Source of the DNA: an uncultured bacterium
GTDB taxonomy: Bacteria; Hydrogenedentota; Hydrogenedentia; Hydrogenedentales; JAEUWI01
NCBI GenBank assembly: GCA_963977445.1
Contig: CAXBPH010000214.1
Location: forward strand, 1 to 12,029
Direction: 5' to 3'
DNA: 12,029 nucleotides
The first letter of the stretch is position 1. Each line of letters opens with the position of its first letter. This document shows positions 1 through 8,921 of this stretch, piece by piece. The notes below the pieces were generated by a model that was not told the DNA's origin, did no database searches, and was given only the letters and a program-made list of their open reading frames with translations. Both the position numbers and the translations under genes were made by a program.

Positions 1-180
1 GCGCAAGTCGGTCGTCGTCAGGTAGGTCGGATATTGGTAGCAGAGTACGGCGAGAAAACTGAGGACCCCGAGAAAGCAGGCCACGGCACCGCTTATTTTG
101 CCTTCGCCGAATCGAAAGGCCCGTTCCGACATGTCTTCTACTTCACGGGGCTTATATTCGTAGGGTTCGTTCTCTGCCAC
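1..180 (-). CDS. Probable sterol desaturase / fatty acid hydroxylase family membrane protein, 5' part only (runs off the left edge)
   Basis: Manual minus-strand translation from ATG 195 is open to base 1: MKENTVAENEPYEYKPREVEDMSERAFRFGEGKISGAVACFLGVLSFLAVLCYQYPTYLTTTDLR. GTG at 180 has AAGGA 7 nt upstream (alternative start ATG 195). The FGxGxISG..hydrophobic helix..LCxxxPxxLTTxxLR pattern matches my recollection of N-termini of bacterial sterol desaturase-family proteins; the His boxes would lie outside the window. Confidence 0.6.
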   Translation of the reverse strand, partial: MAENEPYEYKPREVEDMSERAFRFGEGKISGAVACFLGVLSFLAVLCYQYPTYLTTTDLR

Positions 181-264
181 TGTATTTTCCTTCATGCCAG
201 CTCGCACACGCCAAAGGACAACAGAATATTACACGGGCGTGCGCAAATCCAGCAGAAGGCCTTC

Positions 265-344
265 TTGGGTACAGGCACCCTCGTGCTACGTCCACTTTCG
301 CGCTGACGCGTTTAACGTCGTCTCGACTCGGGAATCTGTCCCCG
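265..344 (+). repeat. 80-bp intergenic imperfect-hairpin repeat, copy 1 (REP/MITE-like)
   Basis: TTGGGTACAGGCACCC...GGGAATCTGTCCCCG; 71/80 identical and ungapped to 1958-2037, same orientation; ends GGGTACAG/CTGTCCCC are imperfectly complementary; central CGCGCTGACGCG palindrome. Confidence 0.9.
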
Positions 345-426
345 GGGAGTGCGCGCCGAGAGACGCCTTGATTGGCCTCCCCCCTATCGGCCACTATCAC
401 CCAATAGCGCGGAAAGGCGAATCCCT

Positions 427-1899
427 ATGAATCGAAACGTACTATTTTTATCAATGGTGTCCGTCGCGGTCTGTTTAGTACCGCGTGTCGACGCCAGCCC
501 CCAGGCCGGTGCACTCCCCTTTGTGGTGGAGCCCGGCCAGCGACAGCTTTTTCTCGACGACGTGGGTATTGCCGCCCGCACGAATCTGTCGCGAAGTTTC
601 CATCAACCGGAAAAGAAGGGTGCGGTCATCGTTCCGGACCAGACGTGGGAGTATACCCTCCAGACCCGATGTGCCCCCCAGTGGGATCCGGCGGTGGAGC
701 GTTTTAAACTCTGGATGATCACCTCGACCACGATTCCGGGCCTCGCAGAAATGACCTACGCAGAAAGTGCGGACGGATTGCTCTGGACCAAGCCTGCGCT
801 GCGCCAGAAGGACATCCAGGGTTCACTGGAGAATAATATCGTCACGGTGGACCCAAAGCGCGAATGGGGCAGCAACGCCATGGAGAACGTGGTCTACGAC
901 CCCGATGATCCCGACCCGGCCCGGCGCTTCAAAGGCTTCGCCAATGTGTATAGTCGCGAGCCCATCATCAGCCCCGATGGCATTCACTGGACACTACTCG
1001 ACGCACCCGCGCTGGACTCCCAGGACGAATCCAACCTCAGCTACGACCGGGTGACCGGGACCTTCATTGCCACCCTCAAGACATCCGGCGTCTTCGGCCG
1101 CACCCAGGCCATCTGGACCAGCACCGATTTTGCGCACTGGACGAATACGGGGGTTATTTTCCATGCCGACGAAATTGATCAGGCCCGTGGAAAAGACCAC
1201 GTAGCGGACCGCATGGCCAACCTCGCCCTCCACCAGACGGAGGGCCTTGACCCAGCGGAATGCAAGGTGGACGTGTACAACCTGGGCATCGCCCGTTATG
1301 AAGGGCTCTATCTGGGATTCCCGGCCATGTTTCACCAATCCGGGGAGGCCGGCTTTCATCTCGTCCAACTGGCGAGCAGCCGCGACCTCAAGACCTGGGA
1401 ACGACTCGGCGACCGTGCGACCTTCATCGGCCCGTCGGCGGCGACGGAGGACACCTACGACTGGACGCAGCTCCTCCCGCCCAGCGGCCCGGTCATCCAT
1501 GACGATGAGCTCTGGTTCTATTACACGGGCATCAAGTACCGGAAGCCGCCCGAGGGTGCCGCGAAGATCGGTGCCATCTGCCTCGCCGTGCTCCGGCGGG
1601 ATGGGTTTATTTCGCTGGACGCCAATGACGAGGTGGGCACCTTATTGACGGAGTCCTTTACGCTGACGGGCAGCCGGCTTTTTGTCAACGTGGATGCGCG
1701 CCAGGGGACGTTGGGAATCGAGCTTCTGGATACCGACGGCGAGGTATTGGCCATGTCGACACCCGTGACCGGCGATCAACTCCGGGCCGAGGTGCTGTGG
1801 GAGCAGGGCAACCTGACCGAGGTCGTTGGAAAGGAAGTCCGTATCCGGTTCACGCTACGTAACGGGGCTTTTTATTCTTATTGGCTCGGGGAAGGCTGA
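427..1899 (+). CDS. Secreted glycoside hydrolase-like protein (five-bladed beta-propeller, GH32/GH43/GH130-like clan, with C-terminal beta-sandwich)
   Basis: ATG 427 preceded by GGAAAGG; Sec-type signal (MNRNVLFLSMVSVAVCLVPRVDA); RQLFLDD start motif, Asp-box-like YAESADGLLW, SPDGIHW, STDFAHW, SSRDLKTW; DELWFYYTG; C-terminal LRRDGFISL..LFVNVDA..VRIRFTLRNGAFYSYW typical of this uncharacterised family. The ORF track start at 349 is probably too long. Confidence 0.75.
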   Translation: MNRNVLFLSMVSVAVCLVPRVDASPQAGALPFVVEPGQRQLFLDDVGIAARTNLSRSFHQPEKKGAVIVPDQTWEYTLQTRCAPQWDPAVERFKLWMITSTTIPGLAEMTYAESADGLLWTKPALRQKDIQGSLENNIVTVDPKREWGSNAMENVVYDPDDPDPARRFKGFANVYSREPIISPDGIHWTLLDAPALDSQDESNLSYDRVTGTFIATLKTSGVFGRTQAIWTSTDFAHWTNTGVIFHADEIDQARGKDHVADRMANLALHQTEGLDPAECKVDVYNLGIARYEGLYLGFPAMFHQSGEAGFHLVQLASSRDLKTWERLGDRATFIGPSAATEDTYDWTQLLPPSGPVIHDDELWFYYTGIKYRKPPEGAAKIGAICLAVLRRDGFISLDANDEVGTLLTESFTLTGSRLFVNVDARQGTLGIELLDTDGEVLAMSTPVTGDQLRAEVLWEQGNLTEVVGKEVRIRFTLRNGAFYSYWLGEG

Positions 1900-1957
1900 A
1901 CGGGATAGAGACTACTCCGTCTGGGCACCACCGAACACTCTGCGTGCGGAAGGTCAT

Positions 1958-2037
1958 TTGGGTACAGGCACCCTCGTGCTGCGGTCATTTTTGCGCTGAC
2001 GCGTTCGACGTGCTCTCGACTCGGGAATCTGTCCCCG
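1958..2037 (+). repeat. 80-bp intergenic imperfect-hairpin repeat, copy 2
   Basis: Direct repeat of 265-344 with 9 substitutions, all confined to two internal patches. Confidence 0.9.
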
Positions 2038-2137
2038 TAATCTCCGGCCCTCCCGCCGCTCTTTTATCCCGCCTGCGAATCGTCTACAATCTGAACGTGA
2101 CTTCAGCAAGGCTTTTTTGATTCAGGGAGAGTACACG

Positions 2138-3466
2138 GTGCACTACATTCTTTCTATCGGGGGAACGACCCCCTTGGCTCCGCACATTCGGGCAAAACTA
2201 CACTCCGGGCTCTTCGTGTGCCTCCTGCTACTTACTACCGCGGTCCATGGGGCCACGTGGCCGGACTTTCGTGGTCCCCACGGCGATGGTCATGCCGCGC
2301 CTGGCACCACCCTCCCCACCCACTGGAGCGAGTCCGAAAATGTGGTGTGGAAGACCGCCGTACCCAATCAGGGCTGGTCAACGCCCGTGGTATGGGATGA
2401 GCAAATCTGGTTGACGACCGCCACGGAATCGGGCAATGACTTTTTCGTCATTGCGCTGGACGGCGGCACGGGTGATGTTATCCACCAGGAGCAACTTTTT
2501 CACAGTGACAACCCCGAGCCCCTGGGTAACAGTGTGAACTGCTATGCCTCCCCCTCGCCGGTAATCGAGGCAGGTCGGGTCTATGTACACTTTGGCAGCT
2601 ATGGCACGGCGTGTATCGACACGAAAAGTAAGAAGGTGCTGTGGAAGCGGGACGACCTCCCCTGCCAACACTATCGGGGTCCCGGCTCGTCGCCCATAAT
2701 TTTTGAAGACCTGCTGATTCTGACCTTTGACGGCATTGACCAGCAGTATGTGACGGCACTGGACAAGAAAACGGGAGATACACGGTGGCGGACCGACCGC
2801 ACGCGGGCGTGGGATGACTTCGACGAGAACGGTCAGCCCAAACGGGGTGGTGACCTGCGCAAGGCCTTCAGCACGCCCATTATCGTGGAGCAGGATGGCA
2901 AGCCCCTCATGCTCAGCGTGGGTTCATCGGCCAGCTACGGCTATGACCCGCGCACCGGCGAAGAACAGTGGAAAGTGGAGCAAATCGGTTTTACGCCGTC
3001 CACACGTCCGGTTTGGGACGGCAAACGACTGTTTACGGCCACGGGCTACGGTGGCACCGAGCTGTGGGCCATTCAAACGGACGGCACGGGCGATGCGACG
3101 GCGAGCCATGTAGCCTGGCGGCGGGCAGAGAAAGATGTACCCGATACGCCCTCGCCCATTCTGGTAGATGGCCTGCTCTATGTAGTGAGCAATCGCGGGC
3201 AATTGACCTGCCTGGAACCGGCAAGTGGCGACGTGGTGTGGGCTGATCGTATTGGGGGCAATTATATTGCGTCGCCTTTATATGCTGGTGGCTTGATTTA
3301 CTTTTTCAATTCGCAGGGGGCCTGCCATATCGTTAAGGCTGGTCGGACTTTCGAGGAAGTGGCGGAGAATTCGCTGGACGATGGGTTGATGGCTTCCCCT
3401 GCAGTTGATGGAAATGCCCTGGTGATTCGGACGAAGACCCATGTGTATCGGATCGAAGCAAAGTAG
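2138..3466 (+). CDS. PQQ-binding-like beta-propeller repeat protein (BamB-like, planctomycete type), secreted
   Basis: In-frame GTG 2138 with GGGAG upstream (track start TTG 2117 is an alternative); hydrophobic segment ending AVHG/A, then WPDFRGPHGDG, WSESENVVWK, GWSTPVV, GSSPI, ALDKKTGDTRW, ASPAVDGNALVIRT motifs. Confidence 0.85.
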   Translation: MHYILSIGGTTPLAPHIRAKLHSGLFVCLLLLTTAVHGATWPDFRGPHGDGHAAPGTTLPTHWSESENVVWKTAVPNQGWSTPVVWDEQIWLTTATESGNDFFVIALDGGTGDVIHQEQLFHSDNPEPLGNSVNCYASPSPVIEAGRVYVHFGSYGTACIDTKSKKVLWKRDDLPCQHYRGPGSSPIIFEDLLILTFDGIDQQYVTALDKKTGDTRWRTDRTRAWDDFDENGQPKRGGDLRKAFSTPIIVEQDGKPLMLSVGSSASYGYDPRTGEEQWKVEQIGFTPSTRPVWDGKRLFTATGYGGTELWAIQTDGTGDATASHVAWRRAEKDVPDTPSPILVDGLLYVVSNRGQLTCLEPASGDVVWADRIGGNYIASPLYAGGLIYFFNSQGACHIVKAGRTFEEVAENSLDDGLMASPAVDGNALVIRTKTHVYRIEAK

Positions 3467-3481
3467 CGGTATGGATTGGGC

Positions 3482-3541
3482 GGCATGGCAACGTGGGCGT
3501 TGAAAACGGACGGACTCCCAGTGTCCTTCCGTTGCGATGCC
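3482..3541. repeat. Intergenic branched inverted-repeat structure (REP-like or terminator-like)
   Basis: Outer GGCAT 3482-3486/ATGCC 3537-3541; hairpin CAACG-TGGG-CGTTG 3489-3502; hairpin AACGGA-C-GGAC-TCCCAGT-GTCC-T-TCCGTT 3505-3533. No U-tract. Confidence 0.5.
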
Positions 3542-3600
3542 CCTCTCTATCTGCTACCGTATCGTGAGACATTTTTGTGGGCCAACTGAAAGCAATTTGT

Positions 3601-6600
3601 ATGAAGTTCGTATCCAAGCAGGTGATCGTAGTTGCGGGCACCTTAATCGCGACATCCCTGGCTGTCGGCGCAGAAAACCCAAACACCGCGTCCGCTCTGG
3701 AGTTTTTCGAGAACCATATTCGTCCGGTCATGGTGGACAACTGCTATGAGTGCCATGGGGGCGATCCCGCTAAGATTAAGGGTGGGCTCAATCTGACGTA
3801 TCGTGACGGACTACTGAAGGGCGGCGAGAGCGGCCCTTCCCTGGTACCCGGCTCGCCGGAAACCAGTCCATTCTTTGAGGCCATTCAATACCACAACACG
3901 GATCTTCAGATGCCACCGGCAGGCAAACTGGCGGACGACGTTATTGCTAATTTCGAGACGTGGGTTCGTGCTGGCGCGGTAGATCCCCGCGACACCCCAC
4001 CGTCGGCGGAAGATTTGAACAAGACCATGTCCTGGGAAACCGTTCGGGAACGCCGTATGGGGTGGTGGAGTTTTCAGCCCGTACGTGACGTTGTGCCGCC
4101 CGCAACTGCCCCACCAGAATGGGCCGCCAATCCTATTGACGCTTTCGTCTGGTCACGCCTTGATGAAGCATCGATTCCGCCTGCTCCCCTGGCGGATGCA
4201 CGCTCTCTGGTGCGTCGACTGTATTTTGTGCTTACGGGCCTGCCACCAACGCCAGCGCAGGTTGAGGCCTTCGTCGCTGCCACGGCGCTGGATTTTGACC
4301 AGGCTGTGGCCACAACGCTCGATGAACTGCTCCAATCCCCCGCCTATGGCGAACGATGGGGACGGCATTGGATGGACTGGATGCGCTATGCGGAAAGCCA
4401 CGGCAGCGAGGGGGATCCGGCCATTCCCTATGCGTGGCGCTATCGCGACTACATCATTCGCGCCCTGAACGAAGACGTGCCCTACGATGATCTGGTGCGG
4501 GAACATCTTGCCGGCGATCTGCTGGAATCCCCCCGTATTAATCCAGATACGGGGCTCAATGAATCCATGGTGGGGACGGCTCAATACCGCTTCGTGCTTC
4601 ACGGCTATTCGCCCACCGATGCCCTGGACGAGCGGGTTCGTTTCACCGACAACCAGATTGACGTGGTCTCGAAGAGTTTTCTTGCCATGACGGTATCCTG
4701 TGCGCGGTGTCACAACCATAAATTTGACCCCATCAGCCAGAAAGACTACTACGCCCTCTTCGGAGTCATGGCGAGCGGCCATCCCGCAACCGTGACGGTG
4801 GATTCGCAGGAGCGGCAAGACACCAACAAGGCCACCATCGCTGAAACCAAGGATGCACTCCGCTCGGTGATGGCCGAGAAGTGGCTCGCCCATATCGATG
4901 GCCTCGCGGAGCCCATGAAGAACGCCGACGGCCCCTGGGCGGGTGCCCTGGCCAACGCCACCTCCAATCAGGATCCCCTCCACCCCTGGCAGCGTCTGCG
5001 CGCCGCCAACGAAGGAAATTTCAGAGAGGGCTGGCGCGAACTGAATGCCCAATGGAGCGGAAGCAATCACAATCTGAGCGAAAAAGCGAAGGTGCCGTAC
5101 CCCAAACGCTGGAATCTGGGCGGCGGCGACGCAAACGAATGGGTGCACCACGGCAACGGCCTTGACGGATCGGGGGCCCCGGCGGGCTCCTTCGATATTC
5201 GCGACGAAGGCGATCCCATCATTCGGGCCATCTATCCTGCCGGGATTTACAGCCACCTGACGTCCACCAAGCACAGTGGCGTGTTACTATCCCCCCGTTT
5301 CGACATCAACGACAAACTCATCTACGTGCGGGTGGCGGGCGACGGCGATGCGCTTCACCGCTATGTGGTGCAGGATTTCCCCCGCAACGGCCAGGTCTAC
5401 CCCACCACGAAATTAGAAGGCGGTCAATGGCGCTGGCAGCGTTGGGATCTCACGTACTGGCTCGGCGACGAAGGCCACCTCGAGGTTTCGACGGCCAACG
5501 ATCAAGCGGTACTGGCGAGCACGGGAGACAAGCGCTCCTGGTTTGGCATAACCGACGCCGTCATTGTCGCCGAAGGCCAACCGGCACCCCGGGATGAAAT
5601 GGCCGAGTTTGTGGCCCCCCTGTACTCCCTGGATGGCGAACCCAAAAACAGCGATGAGCTGCTTGCCCGCTACCAGGACTCCCTGCGACACTGCGTCACC
5701 GCATGGCGCGATGGAGCCATGAGCAACGAACAGGCGCGTTACCTGAACCACTTCCTCCAACGGAATCTCCTGCCCAATACGGTGGCCGAGGCACCCGAAG
5801 CCAGGGAACTGGTCGAAACCTATCGCCGCCTGGAAAGTGAAATCCCCTTCCCCAGCCGCGCGCCCGGTGTCATCGAAAGCGCGCCGGTCGACCAGCCCCT
5901 ATTCACACGGGGCGACCACAAACAGCCTGGCGAGCCTGTCGAACGCCGCTTCCTGGAAGCCATAGACCCGACACCTTTTTCGGGACCTGGGGCCGGTCGC
6001 CTGCAACTCGCCGAAGGCATTCTGGATAACAGCGATCCCTTGGCGGCACGGGTAATCGCCAATCGACTCTGGCACCATCTTTTCGGGCGGGGCCTCGTGG
6101 CGACGACCGACAACTTTGGCGTCATGGGCGAAGCGCCCACCCACCCCGAACTACTCGACTTCCTGGCCGCTAGCATTCGAAGCGACGGATGGTCGATGAA
6201 ACATTTAATCCGGCTGATGGTAACTTCCCGCACCTTTCAGCTGAGCACGGTGCCAACCGCGGCCGCGCGGGAGCAGGACCCCGGCAACGCCTATTGGTCC
6301 CACGCCATGGTTCGCCGTCTGGAGGCGGAAGCCATCCGGGACGCCATGCTCACCGTCGCGGGTCGCCTTAGCCCCGAAGCCCAAGGGGGCCCGATCAATC
6401 AACGGAGTGTCTATGTACCGGTCGTCCGCAACAGTCTTGATCCCTTTCTCACCACCTTCGACGCACCGACGCCCGTCACCACCAAGGGACGACGGGATGT
6501 GACCAATGTGCCCGCCCATGCCCTGGCCTTGATGAATAACCCCCTTGTGCGCTCTCTCGCCGAATCGCTGGCCCAGCGCATTGCCGACGATGCTACGCTG

Positions 6601-7011
6601 ACGAATGGCGAGGCACGGATCGCGCGCATGGTCGAACTGACCCTGGGGCGTCCCCCGACCGATGATGAATCGCGGCAACTGCTCGCCTATGTGGACGCTA
6701 CAAGCCAACGACCACCGGGCCGTGAACAGGACCCAGCCTTGGGCCAGGAACTCGCCCAGCTGGAAGGCCAACTCGCTGCCGTTGAATCGAAAATAGACGT
6801 TGCCCTCGAAAAGGCCCTGGCGGAGAATGGTGAACTTGCCAACGAACCCCGCAACAAACAAATCGAAGCATCCGCGCCGGAACTCTTGAAAGAGCGATCG
6901 GAACTGCAACAGCAGATCGCCCCCCTCGCCCAACTCGGGGCCCCGCCGGCTCCCTGGGTCGAAGTTGCCCAAACCCTGTTCAGTCTCAAAGAATTCATCT
7001 ATCTGAGGTAA
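3601..7011 (+). CDS. PSD1 and planctomycete cytochrome c domain-containing protein (PSCyt1 + DUF1549 + DUF1553)
   Basis: Signal peptide from ATG 3601; [19 protein letters not shown] (CxxCH at 3742-3756) and QMPP distal Met; [56 protein letters not shown] (4699-4713); [36 protein letters not shown] and the EFIYLR terminus. Confidence 0.93.
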   Translation: MKFVSKQVIVVAGTLIATSLAVGAENPNTASALEFFENHIRPVMVDNCYECHGGDPAKIKGGLNLTYRDGLLKGGESGPSLVPGSPETSPFFEAIQYHNTDLQMPPAGKLADDVIANFETWVRAGAVDPRDTPPSAEDLNKTMSWETVRERRMGWWSFQPVRDVVPPATAPPEWAANPIDAFVWSRLDEASIPPAPLADARSLVRRLYFVLTGLPPTPAQVEAFVAATALDFDQAVATTLDELLQSPAYGERWGRHWMDWMRYAESHGSEGDPAIPYAWRYRDYIIRALNEDVPYDDLVREHLAGDLLESPRINPDTGLNESMVGTAQYRFVLHGYSPTDALDERVRFTDNQIDVVSKSFLAMTVSCARCHNHKFDPISQKDYYALFGVMASGHPATVTVDSQERQDTNKATIAETKDALRSVMAEKWLAHIDGLAEPMKNADGPWAGALANATSNQDPLHPWQRLRAANEGNFREGWRELNAQWSGSNHNLSEKAKVPYPKRWNLGGGDANEWVHHGNGLDGSGAPAGSFDIRDEGDPIIRAIYPAGIYSHLTSTKHSGVLLSPRFDINDKLIYVRVAGDGDALHRYVVQDFPRNGQVYPTTKLEGGQWRWQRWDLTYWLGDEGHLEVSTANDQAVLASTGDKRSWFGITDAVIVAEGQPAPRDEMAEFVAPLYSLDGEPKNSDELLARYQDSLRHCVTAWRDGAMSNEQARYLNHFLQRNLLPNTVAEAPEARELVETYRRLESEIPFPSRAPGVIESAPVDQPLFTRGDHKQPGEPVERRFLEAIDPTPFSGPGAGRLQLAEGILDNSDPLAARVIANRLWHHLFGRGLVATTDNFGVMGEAPTHPELLDFLAASIRSDGWSMKHLIRLMVTSRTFQLSTVPTAAAREQDPGNAYWSHAMVRRLEAEAIRDAMLTVAGRLSPEAQGGPINQRSVYVPVVRNSLDPFLTTFDAPTPVTTKGRRDVTNVPAHALALMNNPLVRSLAESLAQRIADDATLTNGEARIARMVELTLGRPPTDDESRQLLAYVDATSQRPPGREQDPALGQELAQLEGQLAAVESKIDVALEKALAENGELANEPRNKQIEASAPELLKERSELQQQIAPLAQLGAPPAPWVEVAQTLFSLKEFIYLR

Positions 7012-7016
7012 TCCCT

Positions 7017-8426
7017 ATGAAATACAACGCTCCCCAAAACCAGATTTCCCGCAGACAGATGCTCGCCCGGTGTTCCACCGGCTTCGGCGCGCTGGCCCTC
7101 GCCGGCATGGCAAAGCCCGCCATCGCCCTGCCCCACTACCGGCCCGTGGCCAAGCACGTAATCTTCTGCTACATGTCCGGCGGCGTCTCCCATGTGGACA
7201 GCTTCGACCCCAAACCCCGGCTCAACGAGCTTCACGGCAAGCCCATGCCGGTAAAAGTGGAGCGGACCCAGTTCAATCAGAACGGCAACATATTCGGTTC
7301 CCCCTTTGAATTCAACCAGTATGGCCAGAGTGGCATTCCCGTGAGCAGCCTCTTCCCCCACATCGCGGAGAGCGTGGACGATTTGGCGGTTATCCGCTCC
7401 ATGACGAGCAGCGTCAACGAACACGCCCAGGGAAATTACTTTTTTCACACCGGGGTACCCTTCATGGGCAGCCCGAGTGCGGGTGCCTGGGTGAATTATG
7501 GTCTGGGCACGGATGCGGACAATCTCCCCGGTTTCGTGGTCCTCCAAAGCGGCGACGCCACCGTTCCCCACGGCGGTGTGGGCCTCTTCAGCAACGGCTA
7601 CCTGCCCGCCCAGCACCAGGGCTCCATACTCCAGGGCGACAAACTCGAAGCCGTTCACAATATTCGTGCCCTGGAGCTTCCCGGGAACCAGCGCGGGCGA
7701 CTCGAATTGGCCCGCAGCCTAGATAGCACCTTCGTCAATCGCCTGGAAGGTAATCCCGATGTGGAAGCAGCCATCGCCAACTACGAGACAGCCTTCCGCA
7801 TGCAGGCCGCCGTTCCCGAATTGTGCGATATCCGCCACGAGACGGACGCCACCAAAGAAATGTATGGCCTGAACCACAGCAACACCAACACGGCGGCCTA
7901 TGGACGACAATGCCTCCTGGCGCGACGTCTGGTAGAGCGGGGTGTCCGATTTGTTGAACTTAGTTGCCTGGCGCAAAATGCCGGAGACGGCCAGAAAGCC
8001 AATCCCTGGGATCAGCACGGCGGCCTTGAGTCGGGTCACGGTAACATGGCGTTGCAGGTGGACCAGCCGATTGGTGGCCTCTTGAAAGACTTGAAAGCCC
8101 GGGGATTGCTCGACGAGACGCTGGTCATTTGGTCCGGCGAATTCGGGCGCACCCCCTTCTCGCAGGGCAGCAATGGACGCGACCACAATCCCTACGGTTT
8201 CTCCATCTGGATGGCCGGTGGCGGCATCAAGGGCGGCACGATTTACGGCGCTACCGACGAGTTTGGATACCATGCCGTGGAGAACACCTGCACGGTCTAC
8301 GACCTCTGGGCGACCGTCCTTCACCTGATGGGCCTGGACCACGAGCGGCTGACCTACCGGCACGGTGGCCGCGATTTGAGCCTCACGGATGTCCATGGAA
8401 AAGTGCTTCGCGACGTAATCGTGTAG
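7017..8426 (+). CDS. DUF1501 domain-containing protein (sulfatase/alkaline phosphatase-like fold), twin-arginine signal
   Basis: SRRQML Tat-like motif; [63 protein letters not shown]; starts 5 nt after the upstream stop, with GAGG RBS inside the upstream gene end. Confidence 0.93.
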   Translation: MKYNAPQNQISRRQMLARCSTGFGALALAGMAKPAIALPHYRPVAKHVIFCYMSGGVSHVDSFDPKPRLNELHGKPMPVKVERTQFNQNGNIFGSPFEFNQYGQSGIPVSSLFPHIAESVDDLAVIRSMTSSVNEHAQGNYFFHTGVPFMGSPSAGAWVNYGLGTDADNLPGFVVLQSGDATVPHGGVGLFSNGYLPAQHQGSILQGDKLEAVHNIRALELPGNQRGRLELARSLDSTFVNRLEGNPDVEAAIANYETAFRMQAAVPELCDIRHETDATKEMYGLNHSNTNTAAYGRQCLLARRLVERGVRFVELSCLAQNAGDGQKANPWDQHGGLESGHGNMALQVDQPIGGLLKDLKARGLLDETLVIWSGEFGRTPFSQGSNGRDHNPYGFSIWMAGGGIKGGTIYGATDEFGYHAVENTCTVYDLWATVLHLMGLDHERLTYRHGGRDLSLTDVHGKVLRDVIV

Positions 8427-8517
8427 GCGCGCCACGCACCACATCCGCGGGGCATCGGACGACTATTTTCACGTTTTCGACTTGGGCCATTGCATTAGAA
8501 AACCTACTCCCCGACTT

Positions 8518-8715
8518 GGCTCCGGAGGAGCGGCAGTCAAAGGCTGGGGCGTCAGCCCCAGGAAACCGGGTCTCCTACGGTTGAATCCACGAAGCGGATG
8601 GCAAAATCGTCGGGTAAACTCCATGTACCATCCGCTTCGCGGATTCGAGATCTTTATATACGCCATTCCTGGGGCTGACGCCCCAGGCTACAAACTGCCA
8701 TCCGCTACGCGGATT
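8518..8715. repeat. Nested compound palindromic element (REP/REPIN-like), ~200 bp
   Basis: 8544-8564 CTGGGGCGTCAGCCCCAGGAA is the exact reverse complement of 8666-8686; 8583-8603 vs 8626-8646 inverted at 19/21; outer GGCAGT 8532-8537/ACTGCC 8694-8699, each with its own small hairpin. Confidence 0.9.
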
Positions 8716-8840
8716 ATGGACAGACTACCGAGGCACCACGAGAGCAGGGCCAGGGGTCCGAAATCGTACGCATCAACACCGGTTCTAATGCGATAATCCT
8801 CCAATTTCGCCGGATTCATTCACAGATTTGGCCGCTGATG

Positions 8841-8849
8841 TGCTATGCT
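8841..8849 (+). promoter_or_regulatory. Possible extended -10 promoter element upstream of dauA
   Basis: TG-C-TATGCT about 70 nt before ATG 8922; TTCACA at 8819-8824 lies 19 nt upstream of the hexamer. Motif match only. Confidence 0.25.
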
Positions 8850-8921
8850 CCCGCCGATCTTCGATTTCTGCGCGCGGCAGGCCCGAATGGGCCACCTTGC
8901 CCTACCTGGAGTACCCGAATC

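Noticed and set aside
265..2037. 80-bp repeats as integron attC sites or a CRISPR array
   Set aside because: No RYYYAAC/GTTRRRY core ends and no integrase in the window; two 80-bp copies 1.7 kb apart do not fit CRISPR repeat-spacer geometry.
2085..2090. TACAAT as a -10 box for the PQQ-propeller gene
   Set aside because: Plausible position but no convincing -35 or extended TG; too weak to report as a feature.
194..2120. Two ~78-aa ORFs (194..430, 1881..2120) sharing WVQAPSC..HF.ADAF.V.STRESVP, each stopping over the next gene's possible start (ATGA 427-430, TTGA 2117-2120), as paralogous leader peptides
   Set aside because: Similarity is essentially limited to the DNA repeat; 5 of the 8 changed codons are non-synonymous; the starts lack clear RBSs and overlap neighbouring genes. 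Best explained as read-through of a non-coding repeat.
420..7021. Identical 12-mer AATCCCTATGAA at the starts of the hydrolase-like (420-431) and DUF1501 (7010-7021) genes
   Set aside because: Half of it is start codon plus a common A-rich second codon; only two instances, so chance is plausible.
8469..8796. ORFs 8482..8796 (+) and 8469..8666 (-)
   Set aside because: They run through the palindromic element; their mirrored peptides (NPRSGW, HPLRGF on both strands) are a by-product of the inverted repeats.
8838..8921. 28-aa N-terminal extension of the SulP transporter in the ORF track
   Set aside because: ATG 8922 has a good GGAG RBS and matches where DauA-like similarity begins; the extension overlaps a putative promoter.
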